DNA of 64,000 nt from the human T2T-CHM13v2.0 reference genome, Homo sapiens. The notes below the pieces were generated by a model. The model was not told the DNA's origin. It saw only the letters and a program-made list of their open reading frames with translations, and did no database searches. The DNA is taken from NCBI RefSeq assembly GCF_009914755.1, contig NC_060932.1; one strand, 5' to 3'. The translations under genes and the position numbers were made by a program. Shown here piece by piece: positions 30,807 to 47,712 of the stretch (its first letter is position 1; each line of letters begins with the position of its first letter).

Positions 30807-30971
30807 GTGTCCTCTCTGCATAGCAACTCAGCATCTCTGCTGCTTCCTGACTCATCTGCCCTTCGGCTTGTACCAAGTCATCCACTCAGACATGAGAACT
30901 GTGCTTTGCTGCCATGAAATCTCAACTGGGGAAGATCAATGGAAAAAAGACTACTCAGACATCAGGGATCA
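30807..30971 (+). repeat. Copy 2 of ~165-bp diverged direct repeat
   Basis: Shares CTTGTACCAAGTCATCCACTCAG and TGGGGAAGATCAATGGAAAAA with 28531-28694. Confidence 0.9.
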
Positions 30972-31342
30972 CTCTTCAATCTGCAGTCAATGCAGACTTC
31001 TTATCTTCTAGATCCGACAGTCTCACTGACCCAGAGTCCAGCCCACTCCAGTTCACCCTTTTTCATGTCCTTCTGAAAGGAATCCTTCCCCCTTTATGTG
31101 CTCCTGCCCGACAGACCTTCCTATGATCTGGTGGACTAATCTGTTATTAGTTAGTGATGAATGTGTTAACAGCTTCCAGAGCACCTACCAACAGTTTAAC
31201 CTAGGTGTCACCAACTGCAATGCTTATGGGAGCCAGGCAAGTAATATAAGTGAGCACAGGCTAGGTGGGAACCAGGAGAACTGTAGAAAAGATGCTCCCT
31301 TCATAATTCAGGTATATGGGGCCGGTGTTGCCAGACTTCCCA

Positions 31343-31992
31343 TTTTTTTTTTATTATTATACTTTAAATTCTGGGATACATGTGCAGAATGTGCAAGTTT
31401 GTTACATAGGTATACATGTGCCATGGTGGCTTGCTGCACCTGTCAACCCGTCATTTAGGTTTTAAGCCCTGCATGCATTAGGTATTTACCCTAACGCTCT
31501 CTCTCCCCTTGCCCCCAACCCCCTGACAGGTCATGGTGTATGATGATCCCCTCCCTGTGTCCATGTGTTCTCATTGTTCAAGTCCCATTTATGAATGAGA
31601 ACATGCAGTGTTTGGTTTTCTGTTCCTGTGTTGGTTTGCTGAGAATGAAGCCTTCCAGCTTCATCTGTGTCCCTGCAAAGGACATGAACTCATTCCTTTT
31701 TATGGCTGCATAGTATTCCATGGTGTATATGTGCCACATTTTCTTTATCCAGTCTATCATTGATGGGCATTTGGGTTGGTTCCAAGTCTTTGCTATTGTA
31801 AATAGTGCTGCAATAAGCATACATGTGCATGTGTCTTTATAGTAGGATGATTTATATTCCTTTGGGTATATACCCAGTAATGGGATTGCTGGGTCAAATG
31901 GTATTTCTTGTTCTAGATCCTTGAGGAATCGCCACACTGTGGTTGAACTAATTTACACTTCCACCAACAGTGTAAAAGCATTCCTATTTCTC
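31343..31992 (-). mobile_element. L1PA (primate) 5'-truncated 3' end
   Basis: Poly-T + TTATACTTTAA..GTTTGTTACATAGG; ORF 31578-31937 encodes the L1 ORF2p C-terminus (PFDPAIPLLGIYP..WNQPKCPS); TSD ACTTCCCA at 31335-31342 and 31994-32001. Confidence 0.95.
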
Positions 31993-32580
31993 AACTTCCC
32001 AATTTTTTAATGATAACTTGGGAATCTGGGTTTGAATGTGATCTCCTAATATTGGGTAATTCATTCAAATATCAAATAACTCTCATAAGTTAAATGAACA
32101 AATTACACACACACACACAAAAGCCAACTTATTACATCTGCATTAACTCAGAAGGCATTAGTCTGCGTGGTAGAAAGTTGTCATGGCACACCAAACTGTT
32201 GTTGGTGGTTACTTTTGGGAACAGGAGTGGGAGTTAAGTGGGAACTTTTACATTTTTCTCAGTGTACTTTTCTATTGTTTGGATCTTTGGCGATGAGAAT
32301 ACACATATATTATTTAGGGAGTTATTTTTAAAAATTGACAATCTGAAAAATATAAGAGAGACTGGACTTAGAAGACTCCAACATTTAAGAATGATTGGAG
32401 AATTACATTTAACATGGTAGATTGATTGCCTGAAAGACAGAAACAAAAAGAAAAATGAAAAAGAAACTTGGAGGAAGCAGCAAAAAGTCAAGGAGCAAAA
32501 AAATATATATGTATCAAAAGGACTATCATTCATGAAAGAACAAGATCCTACAAAAATCAGAGAACAAGAAGGAGCTATTA

Positions 32581-32910
<330 letters not shown>

Positions 32911-32936
32911 TTAGAAGATAAAGTTGATAAAATCTC

Positions 32937-33740
<804 letters not shown>

Positions 33741-33758
33741 GGCCTCAGTTTTTTTTCT

Positions 33759-34137
<379 letters not shown>

Positions 34138-34371
34138 ACGAACCCCATCCCTACACATACACACAAAAGAAACTTTTTTGAGTGCCCTTTTTTAAGAAGC
34201 TACTAGAGGATCTATTTTACCAAAATGAATGAATGAATCAACGAGACCTGGGATCCAGACCCCACAGTGGATTTAGCATGTGAGATGGAGTGAGCAAAGG
34301 AAGTTCTCAGGATGAAAGTACAGATAGATTTTAAGGTGGCAGCTATGCAGTATGCTTAGAAGGAAACCAGT

Positions 34372-34742
34372 TGCTATGGTTTGAATGTGACTCTCAAATT
34401 TCATGTGTTGGAAACTTAACCCCAAAATGCATATGTTGATGGCATTTAGAGGTGGGACTTTTGGGAGGTAATTAGGATTAGATGAGGTCATCAGAGGCCC
34501 CCGTGATGGGACTGGTAGCTTTCAAAGAAGAAGAAGGAAGTTCTGAGCTGGCACACTCTTGCCCTCTTACCATGTGATACCCTCTGCCGTGTTATGACAC
34601 AGCAAGAAGACCTTCACCAAATGCCAGTGCCATGCTCTTGGACTTCCCAGCCTCTGGAATCATGAGTTAAATAAAATTCCTTTCTTTATAAATTGCCCAG
34701 TCTGTGGTATTCTGTTACAAAAATAGAAAATGGATTAAGGCA
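34372..34742 (+). mobile_element. MaLR solo LTR (MSTC/D-like)
   Basis: TGCTATGGTTTGAATG..CATGTGTTGGAAACTTAACCCC..GGATTAAGGCA; TSD CCAGT/TCAGT. Confidence 0.85.
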
Positions 34743-34944
34743 TCAGTGTATAGTAGATCAATAACATGAAGGGTAATCATAGTAGTATCTCTAGGGGAAA
34801 ATGGAACAGACAGGTGATTCAAAATGTGTGATATATAAGATATTTGAAGGAATCGTTATTAATAAATACATTTAAAATGGTAAATGGAAAACAAGGCAAC
34901 TATTAACTCTGGACCAAAAAAATGTTTTAAGAAAGGAATGTTAA

Positions 34945-35267
34945 GGCTGGGCATGGTGGCTTACACTTGTAATCCCAGCACTTTGGGAGGCCGAGGTGGG
35001 CGGATCACAAGGTCAGGAGATTGAGACCATCCTGGCTACAATGAAACCCTGTCACTATTAAAAAAATACAAAAAATTAGCTGGGTATGGTGGCGGGCACC
35101 TGTAGTCCCAGCTACTCAGGAGGCTGAGGCAGGAGAATGGCATGAACCCAGGAGGCGGAGCTTGCAATTGAGGTGAGCTGAGATAGCACCATTGCACTCC
35201 CGCCTGGGTGACAGAGCGAGACTCCATCTCAAAAAACAAACAAACAAACAAAAACAAACAAAAAAAA
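34945..35267 (+). mobile_element. AluY-like
   Basis: GAATGGCATGAACCCAGGAGGCGGAGCTTGC; (CAAA)n tail; TSD GGAATGTTAA. Confidence 0.9.
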
Positions 35268-35812
35268 CCGGAATGTTAATCATGCCATACTATGTGTTTC
35301 AATCGTAAACAATATTTGAATACTTGTAATATTCAAGTACTGAATACTAACTTAACAAAAAAATACAATGTAATCATTTTGGAAAAATGAAGACAGTGAG
35401 TATAGCTCTGTGTGTGTGCAGTAGGAGTCAGGGGGATATATAATATCCCTACACACTTCTGTTCCATATTAAAAAAAAAGTCAGCAGGCAATGCTTAAAT
35501 TGAAAACTGAGAAATGGAGATAAGGATGAGATGCAGCAGGGGATGGATTTTTAAAAAATTTAAACAAGTCTTTGGCTTTTTTGTTTTAATTAGTATTTTG
35601 GTGTGTTTTCAGTCTTAGTACCAAAAGTGCTGAAATGAATAACCTTATACATACGTTATTTTGTTTGTGTGCAAATATAGATGTAAGATTAATTTCCAAA
35701 GGCGAAAGGGCAAACACATGTGTACTTTCAATAGATATTGCCTAATTGCTCTCTCTAGGGGTCATACCATCTTATTCTCCCACCAGAATTGTATGAGAGT
35801 GTTTTCCCATAG

Positions 35813-36405
<593 letters not shown>

Positions 36406-36722
36406 CGAGGTAAAGAATCTTTTAAATGTTTAAGAGCCATTTAAATTTCCTTTTCTCTGAACTCTTTTATTATGTCCTTTACCCATATTCCTACTGGGTT
36501 TTTGGCTTTTTTCTTGTTGATTTTTATGAGCTCTTTGTATTTTAGAAAAATTAACCTTTTGTGCTGCAATTTTTTTTTTTTAGTTTTTCATTTGTCTTTG
36601 CTACTGTTTTCTGCTAAGTTTTCAATTCATATGTAGTCATATTTACAAGTAATTTCTTTTATAGATTCTGGATTTTGAGTCATAATTAGAAAGACCCTCT
36701 CCACTCAAAAGTTATAAAGTTG

Positions 36723-37068
<346 letters not shown>

Positions 37069-37186
37069 TTAAGTTTTCATTTTCTATATTTAAATATTTG
37101 ATCAATTTGGAATTTATCCTCATATATTGGTCCAGCGTCATCTTTTCCAGATGGCTACCCAGTTATTCCAACTTTCTTCCTTTCTT

Positions 37187-37492
<306 letters not shown>

Positions 37493-37563
37493 TGAATCTC
37501 ACAATTAAGTACACATATTACCGTGATAAAAAAAATTAAATACATTTAAAAAAGAGTGCCAGA

Positions 37564-37854
37564 GGCCAGGCATGGTGGCTCACGCCTGTAATCCCAGCAC
37601 TTTGGGAGGCTGAGGCAGGTGGATCACCTGAGGTCGGAGTTTGAGACCAGCCTGGCCAACATGGTGAAACCCCCTCTCTACTAAAAATACAAAAATTAGC
37701 TGGGCGTGGTGGCATACGCCTGTAATCCCAGCTACTCAGGAGGCTGAGGTGGGAGAATTGCTTGAGTCTGGGAGACGGAGGTTGCAGTGAGCCGAGATCG
37801 TGCCACTGCACTCCAGCCTGGGTGACAGAGCGAGACTCTGCCTCAAAAAAAAAA
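37564..37854 (+). mobile_element. AluS
   Basis: Sense Alu, TSD AGTGCCAGAG. Confidence 0.9.
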
Positions 37855-37859
37855 GTGCC

Positions 37860-38450
37860 AGAGAAGCCCTCACGATGGCCTGTGAAGAGGGCGGAGAGGA
37901 AGTGGGAAGGTCGCGCCCTCCCCCAGCCTCTGAGTCCCTGGCTCCCACTCGGATGGCCGTCTTTGTAGAGGCGGCTCCCCCATGGCTGTTTTGTTAGGCA
38001 GGGACACTTGGCTGTAAACAGTAAAAACTGACTCTGACTCTGATGGATGCTAATGAGGGGCTCACTGGGGGGATACTGGCCAAGCCCAAACTCTGGGAAA
38101 GCGAGCTGGACACCAGACCCTGTGAGGGACGAAGAGGAGCAGCTCCGGGAACTGCGTGGAATTCCCTGTCCCGGGATGACTCAGCGCCAGCTAACTTCCT
38201 GTGTGTCTGCGTTTGTCTGTCTGTGTGTAGGGTTCCAGTCCCTGGGAGAGAGATTTTCACTGGCCAACTTGGTCACTTGCCTGTCCCCTGTCACGAGGGG
38301 TCCAAGTCCTGGGATTAGCTGGACACCAGAACCATGTATCTGTGGGAGGGGGCGTTGAGGAACTGTTTCTACAAAGGAAGAGACGCTGGGCAACAAAACC
38401 AAACAAAGCCCCACAGCGGCTGTCCCTCCACAACATTTGTAAAAATAGCA
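37860..38450. promoter_or_regulatory. Candidate enhancer/alternative promoter
   Basis: GC/CpG-elevated unique DNA; PU.1/ETS AGAGGAAGTG 37895-37904, FOX TGTAAACA 38013-38020, kB-like TGGAATTCCC 38157-38166, AP-1/ARE ATGACTCAGC 38176-38185, ETS ACTTCCTG 38194-38201. Confidence 0.5.
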
Positions 38451-39899
38451 ACAATAAAAATAGCAACTATGTGCTGACTACTTCCCAGGGGCCAGGATCT
38501 ATGTGAAGTATTTTACCTCATTTACTTTCTTAGCAGCTCTGTGGGGTGGGAATTGTTCTCCCCCCGACAGGTGAGGAAGTTGCGACTGAAGAGAGGATAA
38601 GAAACTTCTCTGAGACACAGCTAGTCAATGGCATAACCAGGATACAAATCTGGTTGTGTCCAACCCAGCCTCTGCGCTGTAACCATTAGGCAGCATCGCC
38701 TTCTGAGTGGGGCTGAGTGTACTCCATGGTGAAACTCAGCTTCTGCACGCTGTGCTGCTGACCTTCGGGCTCCACGGGCTTAAAACACAGCTCTGTATGT
38801 AGCTCTGCTATCCGGGGCTTCTTCATGTCACCAACGCTTGCTACATGCACAGATCTCCTTGACCCTGCAGCCAATGCCTCGGTCAGCCAGTGCACCTGTA
38901 CTGTCTCTCCTCTTGGGATAGGGTCCCTCTCCATCAGGTACAATATATGGGAAATCGAGGGGTGGCCTTTGTCCCAGCTGTCTTAGTCACCGCATTCTTC
39001 AGGTCACTAACCGCCCCATTGGAGAGGGTTCACGCAGCTCACGTGTAAACGGACCCCTCTTTCCACCTGCCCTGAGACCACTCGGCTGTGTCTGGATGGC
39101 TGAATCAGAACTGGGTGCTGCCCCTACTCCTCACGCCGGAACCCACCCCACACTGCTTCATCCCTAGCTCCCCCAGCTTGCCCGGCACCCCTGCCCGTCA
39201 GCAAGTGTTTCCTGAAAGACTCTCCAAGTCCAGCAGTGTGCTGACTCCCCTGGCCACACCCAAGTCTGGAATGTCTTCTTCCAATTCCCTCCCTTCCACG
39301 ACTCAGGGATCTTTGAAATTCTGTTGTTCCCTGGGCTGGGCAGCTCCTGTTGGGGTGTGGCCGGCAGCTGGCCTCCAGTCATAGAAACACCATGATTGAT
39401 TTAAATACTAAATTACACACTCAGCGTGGCAAAAGTGCTGCTCCTCCTTATGTGACCTCTTTAAAGCTGAGAGAGTTGTGTGTCTTTCTCCCTTGGAAGC
39501 ATGGTGTGGGGGGCCCAGGCCCCCTGCAGCAGCCTTGGTGTGCACAGCAGCTGCCTCTAAGTAGTCATGTGGGCCATGCAGCTGAGGACGGCCACAGAAG
39601 CGCTTTCTCCTCCAGGTGATCTGGGGTGGGGAATGCTGGCAGCTCTCCAGTGGACAGCGGAGAAACCTCTCTCCCCATCTGCACCCAGCAGGGAGCATGG
39701 GAATGATGACCAGCGTTCAGAGGGAACAGCTGGGCCTGGTGGTCATTCCTTGCCTGGGCAGAGGCCGTACACAATATGGCCCATGACTGCTCCAGATGGC
39801 TTTCTGCTACTCTCTCTTCTCAGAGGACAAGTCTGATGGCCCAATTTAAATTATAACCTGACTCCAGGATTCTCCCCCTGGTCTTTCCATCCTCCAGCA

Positions 39900-40090
39900 C
39901 ACTTGAACCTGCAACACAGTATTAAATGTACTTTTCATGCTTATTGTTTATTCTCTATCTCTCCACTAGACTATAAGTCCGCAAGGGCCAGGCTGAGACT
40001 TTTGCCAGTTTTGTCCAGAATGTATTCCAAGCGTCTAGAGCAGTGTGGTTGTGTAGTAGGTGCTCAGTAAATATTTGTTAAATGAATGAA
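39900..40090 (+). mobile_element. L2 3' end
   Basis: CCACTAGACTATAAG..GTAGGTGCTCAGTAAATATTTGTTAAATGAATGAA. Confidence 0.75.
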
Positions 40091-40156
40091 GGATTCACCC
40101 ATATCCTTTAAAACCACCAGGCACTGGTGGATCCCAAATGAAGGATCCACCTGTGT

Positions 40157-40654
40157 TTGGTGGTTTAAAAACATGTTCAAAATCCTGTGACATTGCTCCT
40201 TTTAAAAGTGGAGCTAATTCCCTCTCCCTGAATGTGAGCTGACCCGAGTGACTGACTCTCTTCCAGTGAATAGAATGTGGCAGAAGCCATCCTGTGTGAC
40301 TTCTGAGGCTGGGTCATAAAAAGGACAGTGTTGGCCTGGCTTGCTGTCCATGGGCTGCTCACGTGGAGGATGTCAGCAGCCTTGTGAGGACACTCAAGAG
40401 CCTTCAGAGGCCTTAGTGGGGAGACAGTGAGGCCACGTGAATGAGCCATTTTGGAAGCAGTGCCTCCAGATGACTGCAGCCTTAGCCGACATCTTGACCG
40501 TAACCTCATCGGAGTCCCCAAACCAGGCCCACCCAGCGAAGGCACTCCTGAATTCCTGACCCACAGACATCGTGATGATAATAAATATTTAGGATTGTGT
40601 TAATCTACTACGTTTTGGGGTTAATTTGTTACACAGCAATAGAGAACGAATAGA
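40157..40654 (+). mobile_element. MLT1 (F/G-like) MaLR LTR
   Basis: AATAGAATGTGGCAGAAG..TGTGACTTCTGAGGCTGGGTCATAAAAAG..AATTCCTGACCCACAGA..TTTGTTACACAGCAATAG. Confidence 0.8.
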
Positions 40655-41522
40655 ATTTCAAAGTCACCTAGTGCATTTGAAATATGACTTGCTTTACAAA
40701 AACTTAATACGTGCCCAACTTTATAGCAAAGCACTGTGCAAAGTGAACTACAGCTGCTGATATGGAAATAGAGGTTGTGTAGGTTTGGTGGAAAGAGAAC
40801 TGGTTTGGGGCTACAAAAAATAAAAAGATTATCATGGTCCCAAATCTGGAGTTTATCTTTGGAATGTTACAAGGGGGGGCAGTGAGTCCCTGGGAGAAGC
40901 CTGTGTCTGTGGCAAAGATGATACAGGACTTGCTCCCTAACCCAGTGGTACGTGCTCAGTGAAGACACTTGTCCACCAGTTCAAGCGCCCATTGTTGGTT
41001 TATTAATAGTGCTTGCACATGATGCAGTGTGGGGCTGGGGTCTGCACAGCAGCTCCCAAACTCGACATAACAAAGGCTGCAGCTGTTGTTGCTGTCTTCA
41101 CTTCACTTCAGAGTGACCTTAAATTATATCCCCTAGTGATGAAACAGCCAGAATAGTATACTTGAGGAGGTTAATTAACCCCCTACAGGATATACAAGCT
41201 AGAAAATCACCACTTGGAGAGCTGCACAGCCTCCTGAATCCTCATCAGCTCCACACAGCCGCCACGGCTCTGTAGCGCATTTCTATTTAGTGCCACAAAT
41301 GGTGCCAGACGAGAGGCTCTGGGGGCCTCCTGCCCTTCTGCTACCAAGGATCACCAGCCAAGGCCTGGCTACTTGATCTGGCAGAGATGTTTGGTCCCTA
41401 CAAGCCACTCCTACACTGACGTCTCTGCCTGCACGCCTCACACAGTGCAGATGTGGCCAGTCTGAATGGCCATTATGGCAATGTAAAGAAATTTGACCCT
41501 TATGAGAGAATAATTGGCTTGG

Positions 41523-41523
<1 letters not shown>

Positions 41524-41557
<34 letters not shown>

Positions 41558-42156
41558 CAGGGTCTTGCTCTGTCACCCAGGCTGAAATACAGTCATGATG
41601 GTACCATCATGACTCTGCAGCCTTGACCTTCCAGGCTCAAGCAATCCGCCTGTCTCGGCCTTCCTAGTAGCTGGGACTATATACGTGTACCCTGACGCCC
41701 CACACTTGGCTAGTTTTTTTTTATTTTTTATTTTTTGAGACAGGGTCTTGCTCTGTCACCCAGGCTGGAGTGCAGTGGTGCAATGTCAACTCACTGCAAC
41801 CTCTGCCTCCTGGATTCAAGCTGTCCTCCCCACCTCAGCTTCCCAAGTGGCTAGGACTACAAGCACATACCACCATGCCCAGCTTTTTTTTTAACATTTT
41901 TTAAATTTTTTTGTGGAGACGGGGTTTTTCCAGGTTGCCCAGGTTGGTTTCGAACTCTTGAGCTCAAGCAATCCACCCACCTCAGCCTCCCAAAGTGCTG
42001 GGATTACAGGCCTGAGCCACCACACCTGCTCTGCTTGGCTAATTTGTTTTGTTTTGTTTTGTTTTGTTTGTAGAGATGGGATGTCACTATGTTGCCCTGT
42101 CTGGTCTCAAACTCCTGTGTTCAAGCAATCCTTCCACTTGGCCTCCCAAAGTGTTG
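41524..42156 (-). mobile_element. Nested Alus: Alu (41714-42030) inserted in the linker of an AluJ
   Basis: Right arm, full Alu, then left arm; CTTGGCTA repeated at both junctions. Confidence 0.85.
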
Positions 42157-42379
42157 GCTTAGCTTTTGACAGGATGATTGGGTTCTCCTTTGGCTCAAAT
42201 TCTCATCTCTGGAACCCACCAGATTATGGGGGAAAACGCAGGGGGCTTTAGTCACTTTCTGCTCAGGCAATTCCTTCTATCAGCTTTATTTAACGGATGG
42301 AAGAAGAGCGACCCAGAAAGGGTGGGTGTTTAGGAGGGCTGTGGTAGGGAAGTCTGAATTTCCTGGAGGCCTTGCCTGC

Positions 42380-42620
42380 TAGTAATAATAATAGTAGTAG
42401 TAAATATTTATTGAGCATTTGCTTTCTGCCAGTGGCTGCTAAGCATTTAACGTCTATTTTCTTGAGACTTGTGACTCCCCTATGAGGTAGGCACTGTTTT
42501 ATCCCCGTCGAATAGATGAGGAAGCTGAGGTTCAGTACAGTCATTTGCTCAAGGGTAAATGGCTGAAGTAGGGTCTCATTCTAGGTCCACCTACCGAATA
42601 ACTCATATCTTTAACTAGAA
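42380..42620 (-). mobile_element. MIR
   Basis: TTTATTGAGCATTTGC..CCTATGAGGTAGG..AGATGAGGAAGCTGAGGTTCAG. Confidence 0.75.
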
Positions 42621-43100
42621 TGTGGTCACTGTCATGAACATTGGTGGTTTCTGAGTGGCTGCCTGTGTCCAAGGTTGGTGAACATGTTACATGTCAAGAC
42701 TGTGATATCCAGACAATGCCTGCCATCAAAGAAGGAAAAGGCAGAAAAACCAAAAAGTAGGCCTGCCCTGAGCCACCCCTCCTTGCTGCAACAAATGTTC
42801 ATAATGATGGATCCTGGGTTATAACAAAAAAGTTAAATCATGTTCTCTGCTTTAAAATATAGAGAGGTAAATGCTATGTTTTAGAGTGGTTACCTCCCAT
42901 CCCCAGAAATAATTACAATTTTGGGAAAAGTATTGGTTCTTAAGTGAAAACTTCGGTTATGTATGCCGAACCATAATCCCCAGTGCTGGTGGGTAACCGA
43001 GACATTCTAACATTCTAACATACTGGCATACTTTGAGATGATGCAACTTTTCCCATTTTGCATAGGTGGACTAAAAGAAGAGGAACTTCCAGTGTGCCAT

Positions 43101-43457
43101 TAATATGGTTTGGCTGTGTCCCCTCACAAAATCTCATCTTGAACTGTAATAATCCCCACATGTCAAGGGGGGAGCCAGGTGGAGAGAATTGAATCATGGG
43201 GGCAGTTCCCCCATGCTATTCTTGTGATAGTGAGTTCTCACGAGATGTGATGGTTTTATAAGGGGCTTTTCCCCATGTGCTTGGCACTCATTCTCTCTCC
43301 TGCCGCCCTGTGAAGAGGTGCCTTCCTCTTACCATGATTGTAAGTTTCCTGAGGCCTTCCCAGCCATGTGGAACCGTGAGTCAATTAAACCTCTTTTCTT
43401 TATAAATTACCCAGTCTCAGGTATTTCTTCATAGCAGCACGAGAACGGACTAATACA
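43101..43457 (+). mobile_element. MaLR solo LTR (THE1/MSTA-like)
   Basis: ATATGGTTTGGCTGTGTCCCC..AATCTCATCTTGAACTGTAA..AATTAAACCTCTTTTCTTTATAAATTACCCAGTCTC..GGACTAATACA. Confidence 0.9.
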
Positions 43458-45153
43458 GCTACCACTGGCTCTTCTCTGCTCTGATTAAAACTTATTATGG
43501 GCTCCTGCAGGCTCAGCTGTCTGGTTCATATAGACATATCTGAATCTGTATCTTGGAGGAATGATAAAGCAGGGTGTCCTTGGACACCACATCCACACAT
43601 TGATAAGAATCATGTTTACATTAGTATTAGTAGCCTTTACTGAGTGTCAGCTTTGGGCCCAGGTCCTGCACTAGGCACTTGCACATATTATTTGTTTAAT
43701 CTTTTTCAGTTGCTCCATTGGGGTAGTATTGTTTTGCTCATTACACAGATAAGAAAACAAATGTTTAGTGAGTTTAAGCAACTCATTCAGGATTACAGAG
43801 AAAATCAGTAGTTGAGGAACAGATTTGCTCATAGATTTTTCCAAAATCTACGTCTTTTTCAGACAACCTCATTGCCTTAAGTCATGACAAGCAGGAAGAA
43901 TACCCTGGTCAGCTGGGTTTCATATATGGGGAGAATTGAGAACTACTTCTGTGAATATAATATTATAAAGTTATGTTGATTTTTCTTTAAACCCACGCAT
44001 ATGTAATCTATTCACTCAGAATGAGAGCTGTCCTTTTACAGTCATCTTGGAAGACTAACATCTCTCAAATATTATCTAAATGCTTGCAGTTTCTCTTCGA
44101 AAATAGCATTTACAACTAGTTTACACTCCCCTCCACTCTTACTTTCCTTTGGCTTCAGCCAGGTTTGACCAAATACTGTAATGATAATTCCCAGCTTGAT
44201 CACATACTTTGGCCATCAGATTTATTTTCAAATAATTTCAATTGTTTCCAAATAATGAAATCCACTCAAGGAAGAAGATTTGGCACTAAGGAGAATTTCT
44301 TCATAAAATCCGTAGCAGGCTCTAGGGGTGTTTTTAAAATGTAGTGAGTATGGCAGCATAGAAGGGAGAAAAAAACACCACTTGAGTGTGTGAACTCTGA
44401 TGCATTTGTTCAAATAATGAATAAAGTCAGTCCTACTATCTGAAGTCACCCAGCATGTTGTACTAACCCCTCCTGGGCTCAGCCTTCTTCCCTTACACTT
44501 TGTTGACTGCCATGGGTTTCTCAGTTGAGATGGAATTCAGAAGCCCATGAATGAGACTGTGTCTCATTTGGCACAACAGTCATTGCAAAGGACAGGATTT
44601 CATGATACCCTAGTATCTTGATTCTCTTGTGAAGACAAACCCTCCTTCGATATTCATAGAATCACTCCTCCTCTGAAGGGCTTTTCATAGCCTTCTGATT
44701 TGGATGTAGGAACATTGGAATGGGGGATGGGTGAGAGAAACATGGGCTTAAAAGAACTCTATTGTTAGGGGTTTGAGGTTTTCCTTAGATTAGGTGAGAG
44801 TAGAAAGAATAACGGAAGAGGAAGAGGTAAGTGTAGCCAAGAGAATGGATGCTGTGATAAATGTTTGTAGTATCTTCTTTTTGTCCTCCCATTGGTTCTG
44901 CCATCATGGGGCTTGAATTATCTCTGGGTGGTGTAGGCTTTGGTGTTGAGAAGCTAATTTTTCTTGGTGCTTCTCTTAACTTCAACAGATCAAACCTTGA
45001 TTCTGTCACTTACAATCCATAGGCATTTTCTCTACCCCTCACATCTAGAATGGAGCCAAGAACTATCTAATACCATGGTAGTAAACCAGCTCAAGGTTGG
45101 TTCGAACTTGATGTCACTAAAACTAGGGACTATTCAACTGGTAATTAGGATAG

Positions 45154-45798
<645 letters not shown>

Positions 45799-45868
45799 AG
45801 CATTTATTGAGACACCAATGAGCAGATAACATTGTGCCACCTGTGAGGCATTAAGAAATCATACTCAT

Positions 45869-46758
<890 letters not shown>

Positions 46759-47153
46759 AATTTATTATGGTCTATTTAAACAAGAGATCCTAAAACTTTA
46801 GCACAAATAACAATTACTTATTTGAAATGCACACAACTCAGCCTCATCCCTTGAAATTCAGGCCCTTGGTGAGCCTGAGCATCTTCAGGATTCCACAGTT
46901 GATTCTGATTCATACCTAAGTCCGAGAACCAGTGGTCTTTGTGGAGTACTGGGAGCCTGTGGAGCCTGTGGAGAAAACTCAGGAACTCGCCGCAGCCTCC
47001 GCCTCTGGGTTCAATGAAAAGAAATAATATGAAAAGAAATGATAATTGAAAAATAAAATTAATACATCTTTACTCCCATTATGTATTCTTTTTTCACCTA
47101 AGGGAGAATCAATATTTGTTGAGCATTTGAAATGCATTTAGTGCATTGCATAC

Positions 47154-47712
47154 TGTATCAGTCAAAATCCAATTAGGAAAAATGGAAATCATGCCAGGTA
47201 CTTCAACCAGAGGGTATTTAATACAGTAAATGGATTTCACAGGTGTTGGAACAACCAAAAAGGGGCAGGGAGATTAGTAAGTACAGGAAGCCATCTTAGA
47301 GCTGGAAGAGCAACAGGAATGAGGCCCAATTAGAACCTAGGAATACAGAAGTAGGGTCAACATCTTAGGAGCTGGGCTGCTGCACAGCCATCGGGTATCT
47401 GGTACTGGCACTGCCAAGGGGGCACTGTGTGGCTGGTGATGGGAGAGTAGCTTAACCCTGATGCTAATTGTGTCAAAAGATACTAGAGTTATAGCCATCT
47501 AAAAGGAGGTGGAAGGAGGAAGAGTCCTTTCTTCTCTCCTCCTGCCTTCTAATCTCCCAGCTGTGCCTCCCAGTTGCAGACCCTAACTGGAAAGAGGCCA
47601 GCAAGGGAATTTGGAAAATGTAATTTTCAGACTCCAAGCCCCCAGCAGTCCAAATTGGAATATAGAAAGGTATGCACAGAACTGAGAGAGAATAGATAAT
47701 GGCAAGCACACA
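47154..47712 (-). mobile_element. Old ERVL-class LTR (LTR33/41-like)
   Basis: TGTATCAGTCAAAATCCAATTAGGAAA..TTTAATACAG..GGCCAGCAAGGGAATTTGGAAAATGTAATTTTCAG; subfamily uncertain. Confidence 0.5.

Noticed and set aside
31578-31937. 119-aa ORF with real protein-like sequence
   Set aside because: It is the C-terminus of L1 ORF2p in a 5'-truncated L1PA, with no promoter or start context.
44785-45009. Minus-strand 74-aa ORF with protein-like composition
   Set aside because: I recognise no homologue, the adjacent frames have stops and there is no supporting exon structure; it needs a tblastn test.
47412-47426. CTCF-like AGGGGGCACT (and CCTGCAGGGTGCCG near 54067-54081)
   Set aside because: Both mismatch key consensus positions, which is too weak without ChIP data.
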